IMG/VR virus record: IMGVR_UViG_3300025035_000020
Span: 1 to 63,764 of that record
Length of the DNA: 63,764 bases
Strand: one strand, 5' to 3'
Source of the DNA: a virus
Lineage: Duplodnaviria; Caudoviricetes
Shown one piece after another: positions 7,848 to 17,656 of the stretch. Positions within the stretch are counted from its first letter, which is position 1; every line of letters starts with the position of its first letter. Below the pieces are notes generated by a model. That model had not been told where the DNA came from and did not search any database. It worked only from the letters and a program-made list of their open reading frames with translations. Position numbers and translations under genes: made by a program.

Positions 7848-8873
7848 ATGCGCCCGTCCCAAATTGCTTCTGCTCTCAGCTACTTGATCGATGCCAAACA
7901 ACCGGTAATGCTTTCGGGCTCTCCGGGCGTAGGCAAATCTGATGTCGTCCGCCAAGTTGCCAAACAGCGCAACATTGACCTGATCGATCTTCGCTTGTCT
8001 CAGCTTGACCCCGTCGATCTTCGCGGAGTTCCCAGCGTCGATACGAAGAAACACATCACTACGTGGAATGTTCCGGCTTTCTTGCCTGTCGAGGGCAAAG
8101 GCATTCTGTTTCTCGACGAGATCAACAGTGCCGCACAGGCCACGCAAGCCGCTGCATATCAGCTGGTGCTGGACCGAAAGCTCGGCGACTACACGCTCCC
8201 CGAAGGGTGGGCCATCGTCGCTGCTGGAAATCGCGCCACCGACCGCGCAATCGTCAACCAGATGTCTACCGCACTGAAAAACCGGTTCACCCACCTCGAA
8301 TACGAAGTGAACAATGACGATTGGTGCGACTGGGCACTGCGCTCCAACATCAGCATCGAAGTACTCGGCTTTATTCGTTTTCGCCCCATGTTGTTGAATG
8401 AGTTCGAAGCACGCAACGACAGCGAAGAGGAACGTAAGCGCATGCAGCGTATAAAGAGCGTAAACGCGTTTGCCACTCCCCGCTCGTGGGAGTTCCTGTC
8501 CAAAGTCGTACAGCAAAGCCCAACAACCGATATTGAGTACGAGCTGTACTCAGGCATCGTAGGCGAGGGACCGGCAGCTGAATTCATGGGCTACTTGAAG
8601 TACTACCGCAACCTGCCGAACCTCGACGCACTGCTCATGAATCCCGGCAGCACCAACGTACCGGAAGAACCCGCTACCCTGTATGCCCTTTCGACCGGCT
8701 TGGCTGCCAAAGCCACGCAGGACAATTTGGAGCGCGTGGTCAAATATGCGCTGCGTATGCCGGCAGAGTTTCAAGTGTTGCTGATGAAAGATGCCATTGT
8801 TCGTGACAACCGCTTGACTCAGACCAAGCCATTCAACGAATGGGTGCTCAAGAACGAAGATGTGATGCTCTAA
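7848..8873 (+). CDS. MoxR-like AAA+ ATPase
   Basis: Walker A GSPGVGKS, Walker B FLDE, AAGNR, ALKNRF Arg finger, TPRSW sensor. Confidence 0.9.
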   Translation: MRPSQIASALSYLIDAKQPVMLSGSPGVGKSDVVRQVAKQRNIDLIDLRLSQLDPVDLRGVPSVDTKKHITTWNVPAFLPVEGKGILFLDEINSAAQATQAAAYQLVLDRKLGDYTLPEGWAIVAAGNRATDRAIVNQMSTALKNRFTHLEYEVNNDDWCDWALRSNISIEVLGFIRFRPMLLNEFEARNDSEEERKRMQRIKSVNAFATPRSWEFLSKVVQQSPTTDIEYELYSGIVGEGPAAEFMGYLKYYRNLPNLDALLMNPGSTNVPEEPATLYALSTGLAAKATQDNLERVVKYALRMPAEFQVLLMKDAIVRDNRLTQTKPFNEWVLKNEDVML

Positions 8874-8884
8874 AGGACCTTATC

Positions 8885-9526
8885 ATGGCAACTGTACGAA
8901 TCACCCACGAAATTCGAAACTTTGTGCGGGACGCTTTCCGAGAATTGAAGAAGAAACGAGTCGCGGAAAAACGTCAAGAACTGCAAGCGCTCGGCCTCGC
9001 AGAGCTGTGTTACGAACACACGGTACCTGCCAAATACCGCCAGCTTGCGCGTGAGCTGAATGCCGACCCACGCGGCAAGTGGCTCGAAGAGACCGATAGA
9101 CTCGCAGTCTGCATAAGATACCAACACCCACAAAGTGCGGAAATAACGACCTCGAGTGTCACCGTGGAGTTCAAGTCGCCAGTTTGTATGCCCGCATTTT
9201 CGCTCCGAAACGTCCGCGCGTTCGAAATACAGCAGTCGATGCCTGTGTACGAGACTGTAAAGAACATCTTCCTCGAAATCGAAGCCTTGGAAGCCGAGGA
9301 TCGTGCGCTCGAGGCAAACGTTATCAAAGGCGTTCTGACCGATTGCCGTACGTTGGCTCAAGTGCTCAACGTGTGGCCTTCCGCGCTTGACTTCATGCCC
9401 GAGCACGTACGGAGAACACACGCAAGTCCTACCGTACGGCGCGCAGCCAAAAAGCCCGCATTAGCGCTTGACGATACCACCAAGATTTCGCTGATGAAGG
9501 CCCGCATGCTCAGTACTGGGAGTTAA
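8885..9526 (+). CDS. Nmad5-like (nucleotide-modification-associated domain) protein
   Basis: C-terminal CRTLAQVLNVWP...FMPE pattern recalled from the Nmad5 family. Confidence 0.55.
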   Translation: MATVRITHEIRNFVRDAFRELKKKRVAEKRQELQALGLAELCYEHTVPAKYRQLARELNADPRGKWLEETDRLAVCIRYQHPQSAEITTSSVTVEFKSPVCMPAFSLRNVRAFEIQQSMPVYETVKNIFLEIEALEAEDRALEANVIKGVLTDCRTLAQVLNVWPSALDFMPEHVRRTHASPTVRRAAKKPALALDDTTKISLMKARMLSTGS

Positions 9527-9530
9527 CGCC

Positions 9531-10382
9531 ATGCACATAAATGAACGGGCGATGCTGGTGAGACTCAGCATTAGTCAGTGGTACAACAGAGTGGTTGACC
9601 GCAAAGTCTCAAACGAAATCGCAGTAAAGTACGAAGTGACGACACGAGAGGACCGATACGTCAAGTCACTGTTGTCCAAAACAGCAGTGCGCCACATCCA
9701 GCGCGCAATCAGCGAGTTGCGCGCATTCCACTATGCCAACACTTTGCCATGGCAAGACGACAGCGTTCGGATTTTGTCTTCTGGAAACTTTTTTCCGTAT
9801 CAACAAGGCATCGTTGCGCGTCGCCAGAAGCTGGAAGAAGCGGTTAACGAGTTTGTGGAGAACTACCCGAAGTGGCTTGAGCATGCCCGAAAGACGAAGA
9901 AGGGGCTGTTCGATGAGACGCAGTATCCCACAGCCGCTGGCATTCGTGACCACTACAAAGTCGACATTTCGTTCTTGCCCTTTCCGAATGCGTCTGATTT
10001 TCGCGTCGACATCGACAAAGAAGAATTGGGCCGCATCAAGAAGGAAACCGAGTTAGCCCTTACCAAAGCGCTGGCTTCTGCTAACCGACACTTGGTCGAG
10101 CGGCTATATGAGCGCGTATACCTGCTGTACTCCGCACTCAGCACGCCAGAAAGAATCTTCAGGGACAACACAGTCACGTCGATTCTCGAAACGGCGGATC
10201 TGGTCGAGCGGCTCAATGTAACTGGAGACCCTCAAGTAAACCTTGCAGTTGCAGCGTCAAGAGCAGCGCTACAAGATGTTCGCCCCGATATGCTGCGCAG
10301 TAGTTCCGAGTTTCGTGGCAAAGTGGCCCTTCGCACTGCTGAGCTGCTTACAGCGCTCAAGGCAGACGAGAGCAGCGTCTAG
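9531..10382 (+). CDS. DUF3150-like protein (MoxR/vWA-associated)
   Basis: LVRLSISQW, TLPWQD, YPT...IRDHY, FRDNTV motifs; genomic context. Confidence 0.5.
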   Translation: MHINERAMLVRLSISQWYNRVVDRKVSNEIAVKYEVTTREDRYVKSLLSKTAVRHIQRAISELRAFHYANTLPWQDDSVRILSSGNFFPYQQGIVARRQKLEEAVNEFVENYPKWLEHARKTKKGLFDETQYPTAAGIRDHYKVDISFLPFPNASDFRVDIDKEELGRIKKETELALTKALASANRHLVERLYERVYLLYSALSTPERIFRDNTVTSILETADLVERLNVTGDPQVNLAVAASRAALQDVRPDMLRSSSEFRGKVALRTAELLTALKADESSV

Positions 10383-10448
10383 CGGAAAAAATTGTTGCGT
10401 AGAACACTTTGACGCTAGATTAATCAGGACAACCAAAGAGGACCCAGA

Positions 10449-10691
10449 ATGACCGACGCAATGGAGTATTTTGCGAAAACAGGGCTTGTTGACGAAATCG
10501 TTGGGGAAGTTTCGCGTCACGTGCTACCCGATCCATGCGTTTGGACGTATTCCCGTAACGGCGTTTATACTACCGTTTGCCTTGAGTCTTACGATTTTTG
10601 CGAAGGCGGCCCGGACGAACACGGATTTTCGTATTGCCCGTTTTGCGGGCGATCGATTACCGTAGCAAAGGACAACAGCGATGAGCCATGA
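10449..10691 (+). CDS. Small zinc-ribbon protein
   Basis: CVW...C...YCPFCGRSI; GAGGA SD. Confidence 0.7.
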   Translation: MTDAMEYFAKTGLVDEIVGEVSRHVLPDPCVWTYSRNGVYTTVCLESYDFCEGGPDEHGFSYCPFCGRSITVAKDNSDEP

Positions 10692-10896
10692 TCAAGATGA
10701 AAAGTACGGCTACGAAATACGCGTAAATAATCTTTGGGTTGCTGGCGGGCTTGTGCCAACTGCAAAAGAAGCGCTTCAAACAGCTGATCGTATCGAGGCT
10801 GCTTACAAGCATACGGGGACGATTGAAGCCACGTTCTACATTCGACGGCGCGTTGGCCATGATTACCTGCAAAGGCTTGCTCACGGAGAAAAGTGA
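10681..10896 (+). CDS. Hypothetical protein (71 aa)
   Basis: AAGGA SD, operon packing. Confidence 0.6.
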   Translation: MSHDQDEKYGYEIRVNNLWVAGGLVPTAKEALQTADRIEAAYKHTGTIEATFYIRRRVGHDYLQRLAHGEK

Positions 10897-10897
10897 C

Positions 10898-11098
10898 ATG
10901 AAGACGGTCTGGTGCTTTGCCGCAGGATTTATTGCGTTCCTGCTGTCCATAACTTGGGCAGTAATAGTAGCGTGGGCCTATGGAGCCGATGGCCGTGGTG
11001 ACCTGTTGGGGACAGCTTTGACAATAGCCACCATACCGGCGGCGTTACTGGGTCTTAGCACATTCATCGTGACGCGTGAACCTATGGATGGAAAGTAG
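10898..11098 (+). CDS. Small two-TM membrane protein (66 aa)
   Basis: Two hydrophobic helices; GGAG SD. Confidence 0.65.
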   Translation: MKTVWCFAAGFIAFLLSITWAVIVAWAYGADGRGDLLGTALTIATIPAALLGLSTFIVTREPMDGK

Positions 11099-11133
11099 CG
11101 TGAAGGTCTCGGCTCATTCAGTAGGAGGTCTCT

Positions 11134-11355
11134 ATGCAACGTGAGATAAAGCATGCGCATCCATTGCCGGTCGGCAAGTGCGGCCATGTGCCACGGCACT
11201 ACCGCGATGAGCGGCTTGTGTCAGACAGGCACAAGCTGGAATGCCGCCAATGTAGCGCAGAGACAGGCTGGATGCCGACGCTCCAAAACGCACTGGCGCA
11301 ATGGAGTGGCGCAGCACAGACCGAAGTCACCGGGATATGGAGGAAGGCGAAGTGA
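11134..11355 (+). CDS. Zinc-finger protein, Lar (restriction alleviation)-like
   Basis: KCGH...ECRQCSAETG...ALAQW; AGGAGG SD. Confidence 0.55.
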   Translation: MQREIKHAHPLPVGKCGHVPRHYRDERLVSDRHKLECRQCSAETGWMPTLQNALAQWSGAAQTEVTGIWRKAK

Positions 11356-11558
11356 ATCTCGAAGGTGTAAAAGTGTTTAAGATCAACCCCGGACTGGTCT
11401 ACTTGAATGGGAGCAGGTATGAGTGGACTGCCATTGTAAATGGCAGATTACTCGTTCGCAGCGACGCGACATACCCAAGTGCAGCTGCCGCCAAGGCCGC
11501 GATGCGTGATGAGGTCTACCGGCTGCGGAAAATACACCTACCAAAGAAGGCGAAATGA
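11352..11558 (+). CDS. Hypothetical protein (68 aa)
   Basis: GTG start with GTGA overlap and GGAGG upstream. Confidence 0.6.
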   Translation: MNLEGVKVFKINPGLVYLNGSRYEWTAIVNGRLLVRSDATYPSAAAAKAAMRDEVYRLRKIHLPKKAK

Positions 11559-11893
11559 TAGCTCTAACAGAAGACGAGGCGTTGGAGGTGCTGGAATCTG
11601 CCGAAGCGGAAACGGCAAAGCGCAGGGAGTTAATGCCAGACGAACAAGCGGCTATAAGAATGTTTTTCGAGGCGTGGCTACGGCTAAAAGAACTCGGTTG
11701 GCGAGAAGCTATGTACGCCCCCAAGGATGGTACAGGGTTTGACGCCATCGAGCCGGGCAGCACTGAAATCCATCTTTGTCACTACTGCGGGGAATGGCCG
11801 GAAGGTGACTGGTGGATCTCGGCGCATGGCGATCTGTATTCGGCGCGCCCAGTGCTCTTTCGAAAGAAAGCTCAAGAACACCTACCCAAGTAG
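11555..11893 (+). CDS. Hypothetical phage protein (112 aa)
   Basis: ATGA overlap; GWREAMYAPKDG motif typical of small phage accessory proteins. Confidence 0.7.
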   Translation: MIALTEDEALEVLESAEAETAKRRELMPDEQAAIRMFFEAWLRLKELGWREAMYAPKDGTGFDAIEPGSTEIHLCHYCGEWPEGDWWISAHGDLYSARPVLFRKKAQEHLPK

Positions 11894-11923
11894 CTAAGCC
11901 ATCGCCTAATTGAGGGAAGCAAA

Positions 11924-12238
11924 ATGGACCATGCTGAAATACCAAAAGCATCTGAGGCTAACTGGGCGCGATTCGGCACACCCGTAATTCAAAGCCATGT
12001 GTGGCATGAAGGTACGTGCTTCTTTGTATCTACTACCCTCATAGAATGTTCCTCCCCACATGGGCAATGGGTATTCTACTATGAGCACATGGCTACACTA
12101 TTGGATGAGTCTGGCCCATATTCCCTTGGGATTGTGGCTCGCTCCCCAAATGACTGTAAAGCTTTTGAATACCACAGTGATCTATGCAGGCAACTTTCTC
12201 GCACAGGCAAACACGTCAGCAAACCACTGGAAGGGTAA
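11924..12238 (+). CDS. Hypothetical protein (104 aa)
   Basis: GAGGG SD. Confidence 0.6.
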   Translation: MDHAEIPKASEANWARFGTPVIQSHVWHEGTCFFVSTTLIECSSPHGQWVFYYEHMATLLDESGPYSLGIVARSPNDCKAFEYHSDLCRQLSRTGKHVSKPLEG

Positions 12239-12241
12239 CGA

Positions 12242-12412
12242 ATGAACGTTGAAGCAAACCCGCCCACAACCCACGGCGTGGCTACCGAAGAAACTTCTAT
12301 CCCTTGCGACCATGATTGGAAGCTGTTTGATAAGCCCACCAACGGAGGGTTTGGGACGGCTCAGGCCGTTGGATGGGAATGCGCACTCTGCAAAGAAGTA
12401 CAGACGCTGTAG
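12242..12412 (+). CDS. Small CxH...CxxC zinc-finger protein (56 aa); not in the ORF track
   Basis: MNVEANPP...CDHDW...WECALCKE; ATG12242 to TAG12412. Confidence 0.55.
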   Translation: MNVEANPPTTHGVATEETSIPCDHDWKLFDKPTNGGFGTAQAVGWECALCKEVQTL

Positions 12413-12442
12413 GTCAATGCGTAACTACTTAAGGAACAACAA

Positions 12443-12844
12443 ATGAATGCTGACGAGAAAAAGCTTGTTGCAGCGCTGTACAAGCTAGCGACCGCGATAC
12501 CTGAGTGCAAGCGAATAGCCGCCAATCGCGATCCGCTGCCCACGCTCGACGACGAAAAATGGCAACCAGTACTGGGGTGTCCGCCAGCAGACTCTGAAGA
12601 CGGACGATACAGCCCGCTTGTCTGGCTGGCTTTGTCAGATGGGCGTGTCCTACCCGGACAGGCTCTATACGACATCAGTAAGGTCGGACCGGCGGTGCGC
12701 GATTGGTTTGTAGTCGTGCGCGAATCGGAAAGGGTAAAGGTAACCAATTATTTGGGAACCAACGTCACCGTCGTAGCATACATGCCGATTACTACGCCGA
12801 CACACCCAGTAGTCACAACGAAGCTCAAACATCAACCGAAATAA
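12443..12844 (+). CDS. Hypothetical protein (133 aa)
   Basis: AAGGA SD. Confidence 0.65.
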   Translation: MNADEKKLVAALYKLATAIPECKRIAANRDPLPTLDDEKWQPVLGCPPADSEDGRYSPLVWLALSDGRVLPGQALYDISKVGPAVRDWFVVVRESERVKVTNYLGTNVTVVAYMPITTPTHPVVTTKLKHQPK

Positions 12845-12859
12845 CCACAGGACACTGAC

Positions 12860-13999
12860 ATGGCAGTAGCATCGGCAAAAAAGCTCGTCAAAGCGAGAGC
12901 CAATCTCGTAATGAGCCATCCGTTCTTTGGAGCTCTCGCGCTTCGCCTCAAAGTTTTGGCCGACCCAAGCATTAAAACGGCCAACTGCGATGGTGAATAC
13001 ATTCGCTACAACCCAAAGTTTGTCAATGAGCTGTCGCTTAGTAAGGCTCAAGGCTTGATCGCCCACGAAGTAATGCATCCGGCTTTTCTGCACCACACGC
13101 GCCGCGGTAGCCGAGACATGAAGAAGTGGAATATTGCTTGCGACCACGCAATTAACTCTATTCTGCTTAAGGCCAATTTTGCTTTGCCCAACGGTTGCTG
13201 CGCTGATCCAGCATATGCCGGAATGCCCGCTGAGCATATCTATACCTTGCTCAAGGACGAACCAGACCAAGATCAAGATGACAACAACGGCGATGACCCG
13301 GGCGGTGATGGCGGCGTTGGAGATAGCCCGCAAAGTCAAAACGCCGGCGGCAGTCAGTCACAGCAAAACCACGAAGAAGCCGAGTGGAAGGTAGCGGTCG
13401 CTCAAGCCGCGCACGTGGCCAAACAGGCAGGCCATCTGCCCGAAGAAATTGAGCGCATGCTCAAGGAACTCTTTGAGCCTGTCCTTCCGTGGCGCGCGCT
13501 TTTACGTCGCTTCATGACCGAGCGGTGCAACGATGATTTTTCGTGGTCACGCGGCAATCGGCGCTTTGTTGCGCAGGGCCTCTATCTGCCCAGCCGCATT
13601 AGCGACGACGCCATGGGCGAGATCGTCGTAGTTATCGACACTTCAGGGTCTATCGGTCAGAGAGAACTCACTGAGTTTGGCAGCGAGATCAAAAGTATCA
13701 TCGACGAAGCCCGACCGAGCAAAACGTATGTGATCTACTGCGACGCTAAGGTCTCGCACGTCGATGAATTTGCGCCCGACGATGAGCTGCAGTTTACGAA
13801 TCATGGCGGTGGCGGTACAGATTTTCGCCCCCCGTTCGTGTGGCTTGAGAAAAATCAGATTACCCCGCGCGCGTTGATATATCTTACCGACGGCGAAGGC
13901 CCGTTCCCAGCTCAAGAATCGGATTTTCCGGTCATGTGGGTTATCAACAACCACAGAGTTTTTCCACCCCACGGCGAGCACATTGTCTTGGAAGTGTGA
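12860..13999 (+). CDS. Metallopeptidase (HExxH) + vWA domain protein (DUF2201-like)
   Basis: AHEVMH, WNIACD..IN; MIDAS DTSGS, GGGGTDF, LTDG. Confidence 0.9.
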   Translation: MAVASAKKLVKARANLVMSHPFFGALALRLKVLADPSIKTANCDGEYIRYNPKFVNELSLSKAQGLIAHEVMHPAFLHHTRRGSRDMKKWNIACDHAINSILLKANFALPNGCCADPAYAGMPAEHIYTLLKDEPDQDQDDNNGDDPGGDGGVGDSPQSQNAGGSQSQQNHEEAEWKVAVAQAAHVAKQAGHLPEEIERMLKELFEPVLPWRALLRRFMTERCNDDFSWSRGNRRFVAQGLYLPSRISDDAMGEIVVVIDTSGSIGQRELTEFGSEIKSIIDEARPSKTYVIYCDAKVSHVDEFAPDDELQFTNHGGGGTDFRPPFVWLEKNQITPRALIYLTDGEGPFPAQESDFPVMWVINNHRVFPPHGEHIVLEV

Positions 14000-14256
14000 T
14001 GCCCATTCTGTACATCGTCGCAGATTGCCAGTACTGGATGAGTATCCCGCAAACTCGCCAGCTAACATGCGGGCGCGTGCGGTTTACCCGCGACAGGTGT
14101 GTGCCTCCTAGCGGAGCCAGCACGTACGAGTCAAAAGCCGAAGCGGCAAAAGAAGCGCTGGTGCACCACCACCAGCTTATCCGTGAAACTCGCTGCTCCG
14201 ACAGCACGTGGCAATACCAATTGCTGCTTGGATTTGCCAACCCGCTAGAAGAGTAG
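13999..14256 (+). CDS. Hypothetical protein (85 aa)
   Basis: TGATG coupling. Confidence 0.5.
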   Translation: MPILYIVADCQYWMSIPQTRQLTCGRVRFTRDRCVPPSGASTYESKAEAAKEALVHHHQLIRETRCSDSTWQYQLLLGFANPLEE

Positions 14257-14290
14257 CGCGCAAAGCAATCTTTCGTGAAGGACTGGCTAA

Positions 14291-15160
14291 ATGATTTGCT
14301 ACAGTGAAGCGGCACAGCTATATGAGGGGCGTAAAAACAAACGTCTTGGTCGCAGGCTAAAGGACCGCGTATACATGGTGCACGATCCTGCTCGCGACTG
14401 CTTTGTGGTAAGCGAGGTTGGCGGCATGTATGAATGGGCGGAAATAGCCGACGCGGGCGGGCCGCCGAGGCAGTATGTACACGTTCGGATTCCAGAAGAA
14501 CGCCGAAAAGCACGCCCTTTTGCCGAGATTCACACCGACCACATTCTGATCACACGAGACGTATCCAACGGGCATCTCTCTAAGCTGTTTGATGTGACGA
14601 GCGCTAGTTCTCGCACAATTAAGCTGTCTGGCCGCATGTGGACATACCGAGACCGTGCCGGCAAGTGCCACAAAACTAACGGCGACGTGCCGATCCGAGT
14701 CACGAGTGAAGGCATTTCCAGCTGTACGCCGCCCAAAGTACGAGTGCACGACGTTAAAAAGAAAACCGAACTAAACCGACTGATCCAGTCGGTGCGCGCA
14801 ATGCTGACAGTGCGCGCCAAGTTGGGCGCATTCGACTCGTTTTCTTCCGACTTGCCTTCTGTAAATTGGCTCAGGGGATACGTATACCAGCACGAAGAGC
14901 TGTCCGGACTGCTGAAGCCGTCTATGAAGTCGCCAAGCTTCTCCGAGGCATTCCTGAAACTGCTCAAGCGCGTGAACCAAAAAGACATAGCCTCGTTCTA
15001 CCCGTTGGTCGCCTTACTTTGTTCAAAACACCAAACTTTCGCCACCAAAGGACCCCTTGATCGAGTTGACTGGGTCAAGCGCTACAACAATATCGTGAAT
15101 AGCGCGCGAGAAGGACTTCGAACCGCGACGAAAGCTGTCAACTATGTCGTTCCCAGCTGA
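14291..15160 (+). CDS. Hypothetical protein (289 aa)
   Basis: AAGGA SD, long ORF. Confidence 0.75.
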   Translation: MICYSEAAQLYEGRKNKRLGRRLKDRVYMVHDPARDCFVVSEVGGMYEWAEIADAGGPPRQYVHVRIPEERRKARPFAEIHTDHILITRDVSNGHLSKLFDVTSASSRTIKLSGRMWTYRDRAGKCHKTNGDVPIRVTSEGISSCTPPKVRVHDVKKKTELNRLIQSVRAMLTVRAKLGAFDSFSSDLPSVNWLRGYVYQHEELSGLLKPSMKSPSFSEAFLKLLKRVNQKDIASFYPLVALLCSKHQTFATKGPLDRVDWVKRYNNIVNSAREGLRTATKAVNYVVPS

Positions 15161-15166
15161 TATAAT
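15158..15166 (+). promoter_or_regulatory. Extended -10 promoter for the replication gene block
   Basis: TGaTATAAT about 35 nt upstream of ATG15201. Confidence 0.6.
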
Positions 15167-15200
15167 GTATACCCCGACAGAAACTCTCAGAGGAAAGAAA

Positions 15201-15905
15201 ATGGCAGGCATTGACGCGTGGAGCTACTCACGATTGGCGATTTTTGAGCAGTGCAAGCTGCATGCCAAACTAGCCTTCATTGACCGGATTCCTGAGCCTG
15301 AACGGCCGCTTCCACCGGGAAAGACGGAGCACGCCAACGACCGTGGTACGCGCGTTCACAGCGCCGCTGAAAAATTCTTGCAGGGCGGTGTTGAACTGAT
15401 CCCTGAGCTGCACGCATTTCGTGAAGAGCTCCTCCACCTGCGCGAGCTGTACAAGCAGGGTAAAGTCAGTCTTGAGGGCGAGTGGGCTGTAGACCGCGAC
15501 TGGAATCCAACCGCATGGCGCTCGAGTAACGCGTGGGCGCGCATAAAGCTCGACGTTTTTGTACGGATGTCCAAGACGCACGGTGTAGTCATTGACTACA
15601 AGACCGGCAGGAAATACGGCAACGAGGTAAAACATGCCGAGCAGTGTCAGCTCTATCAGCTTGCTGCGTTTCTGCGATACCCGGAACTGCGAGTAATTGA
15701 CGCTGAGCTTTGGTATCTGGATCAAGACGAAACCACCAGCGTACGCTACACACGAGAGCAAGGACTGCGCTTCTTGCGCAACTTCAACGCTCGCGGCACG
15801 GCTATTACCAGCGCAACAGAATTTCCACCCAACCCAAACATGTTTTCATGCCGTTGGTGCGCATACGGCCCTCGTGGAACAGGACATTGTAAGCATGGAG
15901 TGTAG
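15201..15905 (+). CDS. PD-(D/E)XK nuclease (RecB/Cas4-like exonuclease)
   Basis: WSYSRL..F.QC, GTRVH, KLD, IDYKTG, QLY, CRWC. Confidence 0.85.
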   Translation: MAGIDAWSYSRLAIFEQCKLHAKLAFIDRIPEPERPLPPGKTEHANDRGTRVHSAAEKFLQGGVELIPELHAFREELLHLRELYKQGKVSLEGEWAVDRDWNPTAWRSSNAWARIKLDVFVRMSKTHGVVIDYKTGRKYGNEVKHAEQCQLYQLAAFLRYPELRVIDAELWYLDQDETTSVRYTREQGLRFLRNFNARGTAITSATEFPPNPNMFSCRWCAYGPRGTGHCKHGV

Positions 15906-15949
15906 TGTGCCGAAAACGCCGGGTACAACTATCGAGCCGAGGAAGAAAG

Positions 15950-17320
15950 ATGAAAAAATTGCCACTGTTCAAGCACCAGATCGATAGCGTCAAGTTCATG
16001 CAGCAACGCTCGCGAGTTCTCGACAGCTCTGATCCCGGCACTGGTAAGACTCGTGTGCAGATTGAGCTTTTCGCACTGCGTCGCAAACGTAATGGCGGCG
16101 CAGCGCTTGTTATCGCCCCTAAGTCCTTGCTCCGCAGCGCGTGGGAAGATGACTTTAAGAAGTTCGCTCCGCAAATTACCACTGCCATTTGTCCAGCTGA
16201 TAAGCGCGATCGAGCGTTCGCGCAAGTAGCTGATGTGTACATTACCAATACTGACGCAGTGAACTGGCTAGTTAAGCAACCCGCAGGGTTCTTCAAACGA
16301 TTCGACACGTTGATCATCGATGAGTTGTCGAGCTTCAAGCATCACACTAGCCAGCGTTCAAAAGCACTCAACAAGATCAAAAAACACTTCGCGAACCGGT
16401 ATGGCCTTACTGGCACACCGAACGCAAACTCAATCACCGATATCTGGCACCAAATATTCGTCCTTGATGATGGGCAGCGTTTGGGCAAGTCGTTCTACCA
16501 GTTTCGCAATTCGGTATGTCAGCCACGCCAAGTAGGATCGCAGCCAAACATGCTGCAGTGGGACGATCGACCCGGCGCAGAACTTGCTGTCGGCCAGCTT
16601 CTTACAGACATAGTCGTGCGGCACAAGTTCGAAGAGTGCATCGACATTCCGGCTAACCACACTTACTCAGTGCCGTATCACATGTCACCAAAGCAAACGA
16701 AAGCGTACCAGCAGATGGAGAAGGAGGCTATCGTGAAGCTGGCAAACGGATCAATCATATCGGCAGTAAACGCAGCAGGGGTTATGACCAAGCTGCTGCA
16801 GATTGCCTCCGGAGCCAGCTACGTCGAGGGGGAGGGATATGCCTCGGTAGACAGCGGCCGGTACGAGCTGGTAGGTGATCTTGTCGACCAGCGAGATCAC
16901 AGCGTCGTATTTTTCAATTGGGTGCATCAGCGTGATCACCTTGTCAAAGAGTTCGAGAGACGAGGAATCACATACGCAGTCATCGACGGCAAAACTAGCG
17001 GCAATGCGCGCAAAGAAATTGTCGATCACTTTCAAGCGGGGTTCTACCGAGTGTTGTTGGCCCACCCGCAAAGCGCTGCCCATGGCCTGACGCTGACCAA
17101 AGGCACAACTACAATCTGGGCATCGCCAACATACAATCTTGAGCACTTCCTGCAAGGCAACCGCCGCATCTACCGCGCCGGCCAAACACAGAAGACTGAA
17201 ACGATTGTGGTGCTTGCCCCCAACACCGTCGAAGAAGGTGTGTTCAAGAAGCTGCAAGAGAAAGACGTTCGACAAGGCAGCATGCTCAATCTACTGAATG
17301 AGCTGTTTCATGACCGATAG
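15950..17320 (+). CDS. SNF2-family helicase
   Basis: DPGTGKT, IIDE, LTGTP, HGLTL, QGNRRIYRAGQ. Confidence 0.9.
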   Translation: MKKLPLFKHQIDSVKFMQQRSRVLDSSDPGTGKTRVQIELFALRRKRNGGAALVIAPKSLLRSAWEDDFKKFAPQITTAICPADKRDRAFAQVADVYITNTDAVNWLVKQPAGFFKRFDTLIIDELSSFKHHTSQRSKALNKIKKHFANRYGLTGTPNANSITDIWHQIFVLDDGQRLGKSFYQFRNSVCQPRQVGSQPNMLQWDDRPGAELAVGQLLTDIVVRHKFEECIDIPANHTYSVPYHMSPKQTKAYQQMEKEAIVKLANGSIISAVNAAGVMTKLLQIASGASYVEGEGYASVDSGRYELVGDLVDQRDHSVVFFNWVHQRDHLVKEFERRGITYAVIDGKTSGNARKEIVDHFQAGFYRVLLAHPQSAAHGLTLTKGTTTIWASPTYNLEHFLQGNRRIYRAGQTQKTETIVVLAPNTVEEGVFKKLQEKDVRQGSMLNLLNELFHDR

Positions 17321-17341
17321 AGATAACCACGGAGAACCAAG

Positions 17342-17656
17342 ATGTCAAATTTCGCAAAGCGCCCTTCTCTTACTCCGCTGAACATCCAGTACCAAATTGA
17401 GTGGGAGAAGCGATATCAGCAGCTGTTGCTACAGTTTCTTGCGACCCATGAAGAGTTCGACGGTAGCGCGGTTGCTGCATGGATGCGAGTTCGCGGACTG
17501 CATGACCCGAATCACCACAACCTGTGGGGTACGCAGATTCTGCACTACGCTAACCTTGGTTGGATGGTGCCAGTAGGTCGCGGCATCCCTAGCGGAGCCG
17601 CCCACATCGCACAAGTACGCATTTGGCGCAGCACCAAGTTCGGGAGCAAAAAATGA
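17342..17656 (+). CDS. Hypothetical protein (104 aa)
   Basis: GGAG SD, ATGA overlap with the polymerase gene. Confidence 0.7.
   Translation: MSNFAKRPSLTPLNIQYQIEWEKRYQQLLLQFLATHEEFDGSAVAAWMRVRGLHDPNHHNLWGTQILHYANLGWMVPVGRGIPSGAAHIAQVRIWRSTKFGSKK

Noticed and set aside
15201-15905. cas4 of a CRISPR-Cas system
   Set aside because: Stand-alone phage PD-(D/E)XK nuclease; no array or other cas genes.
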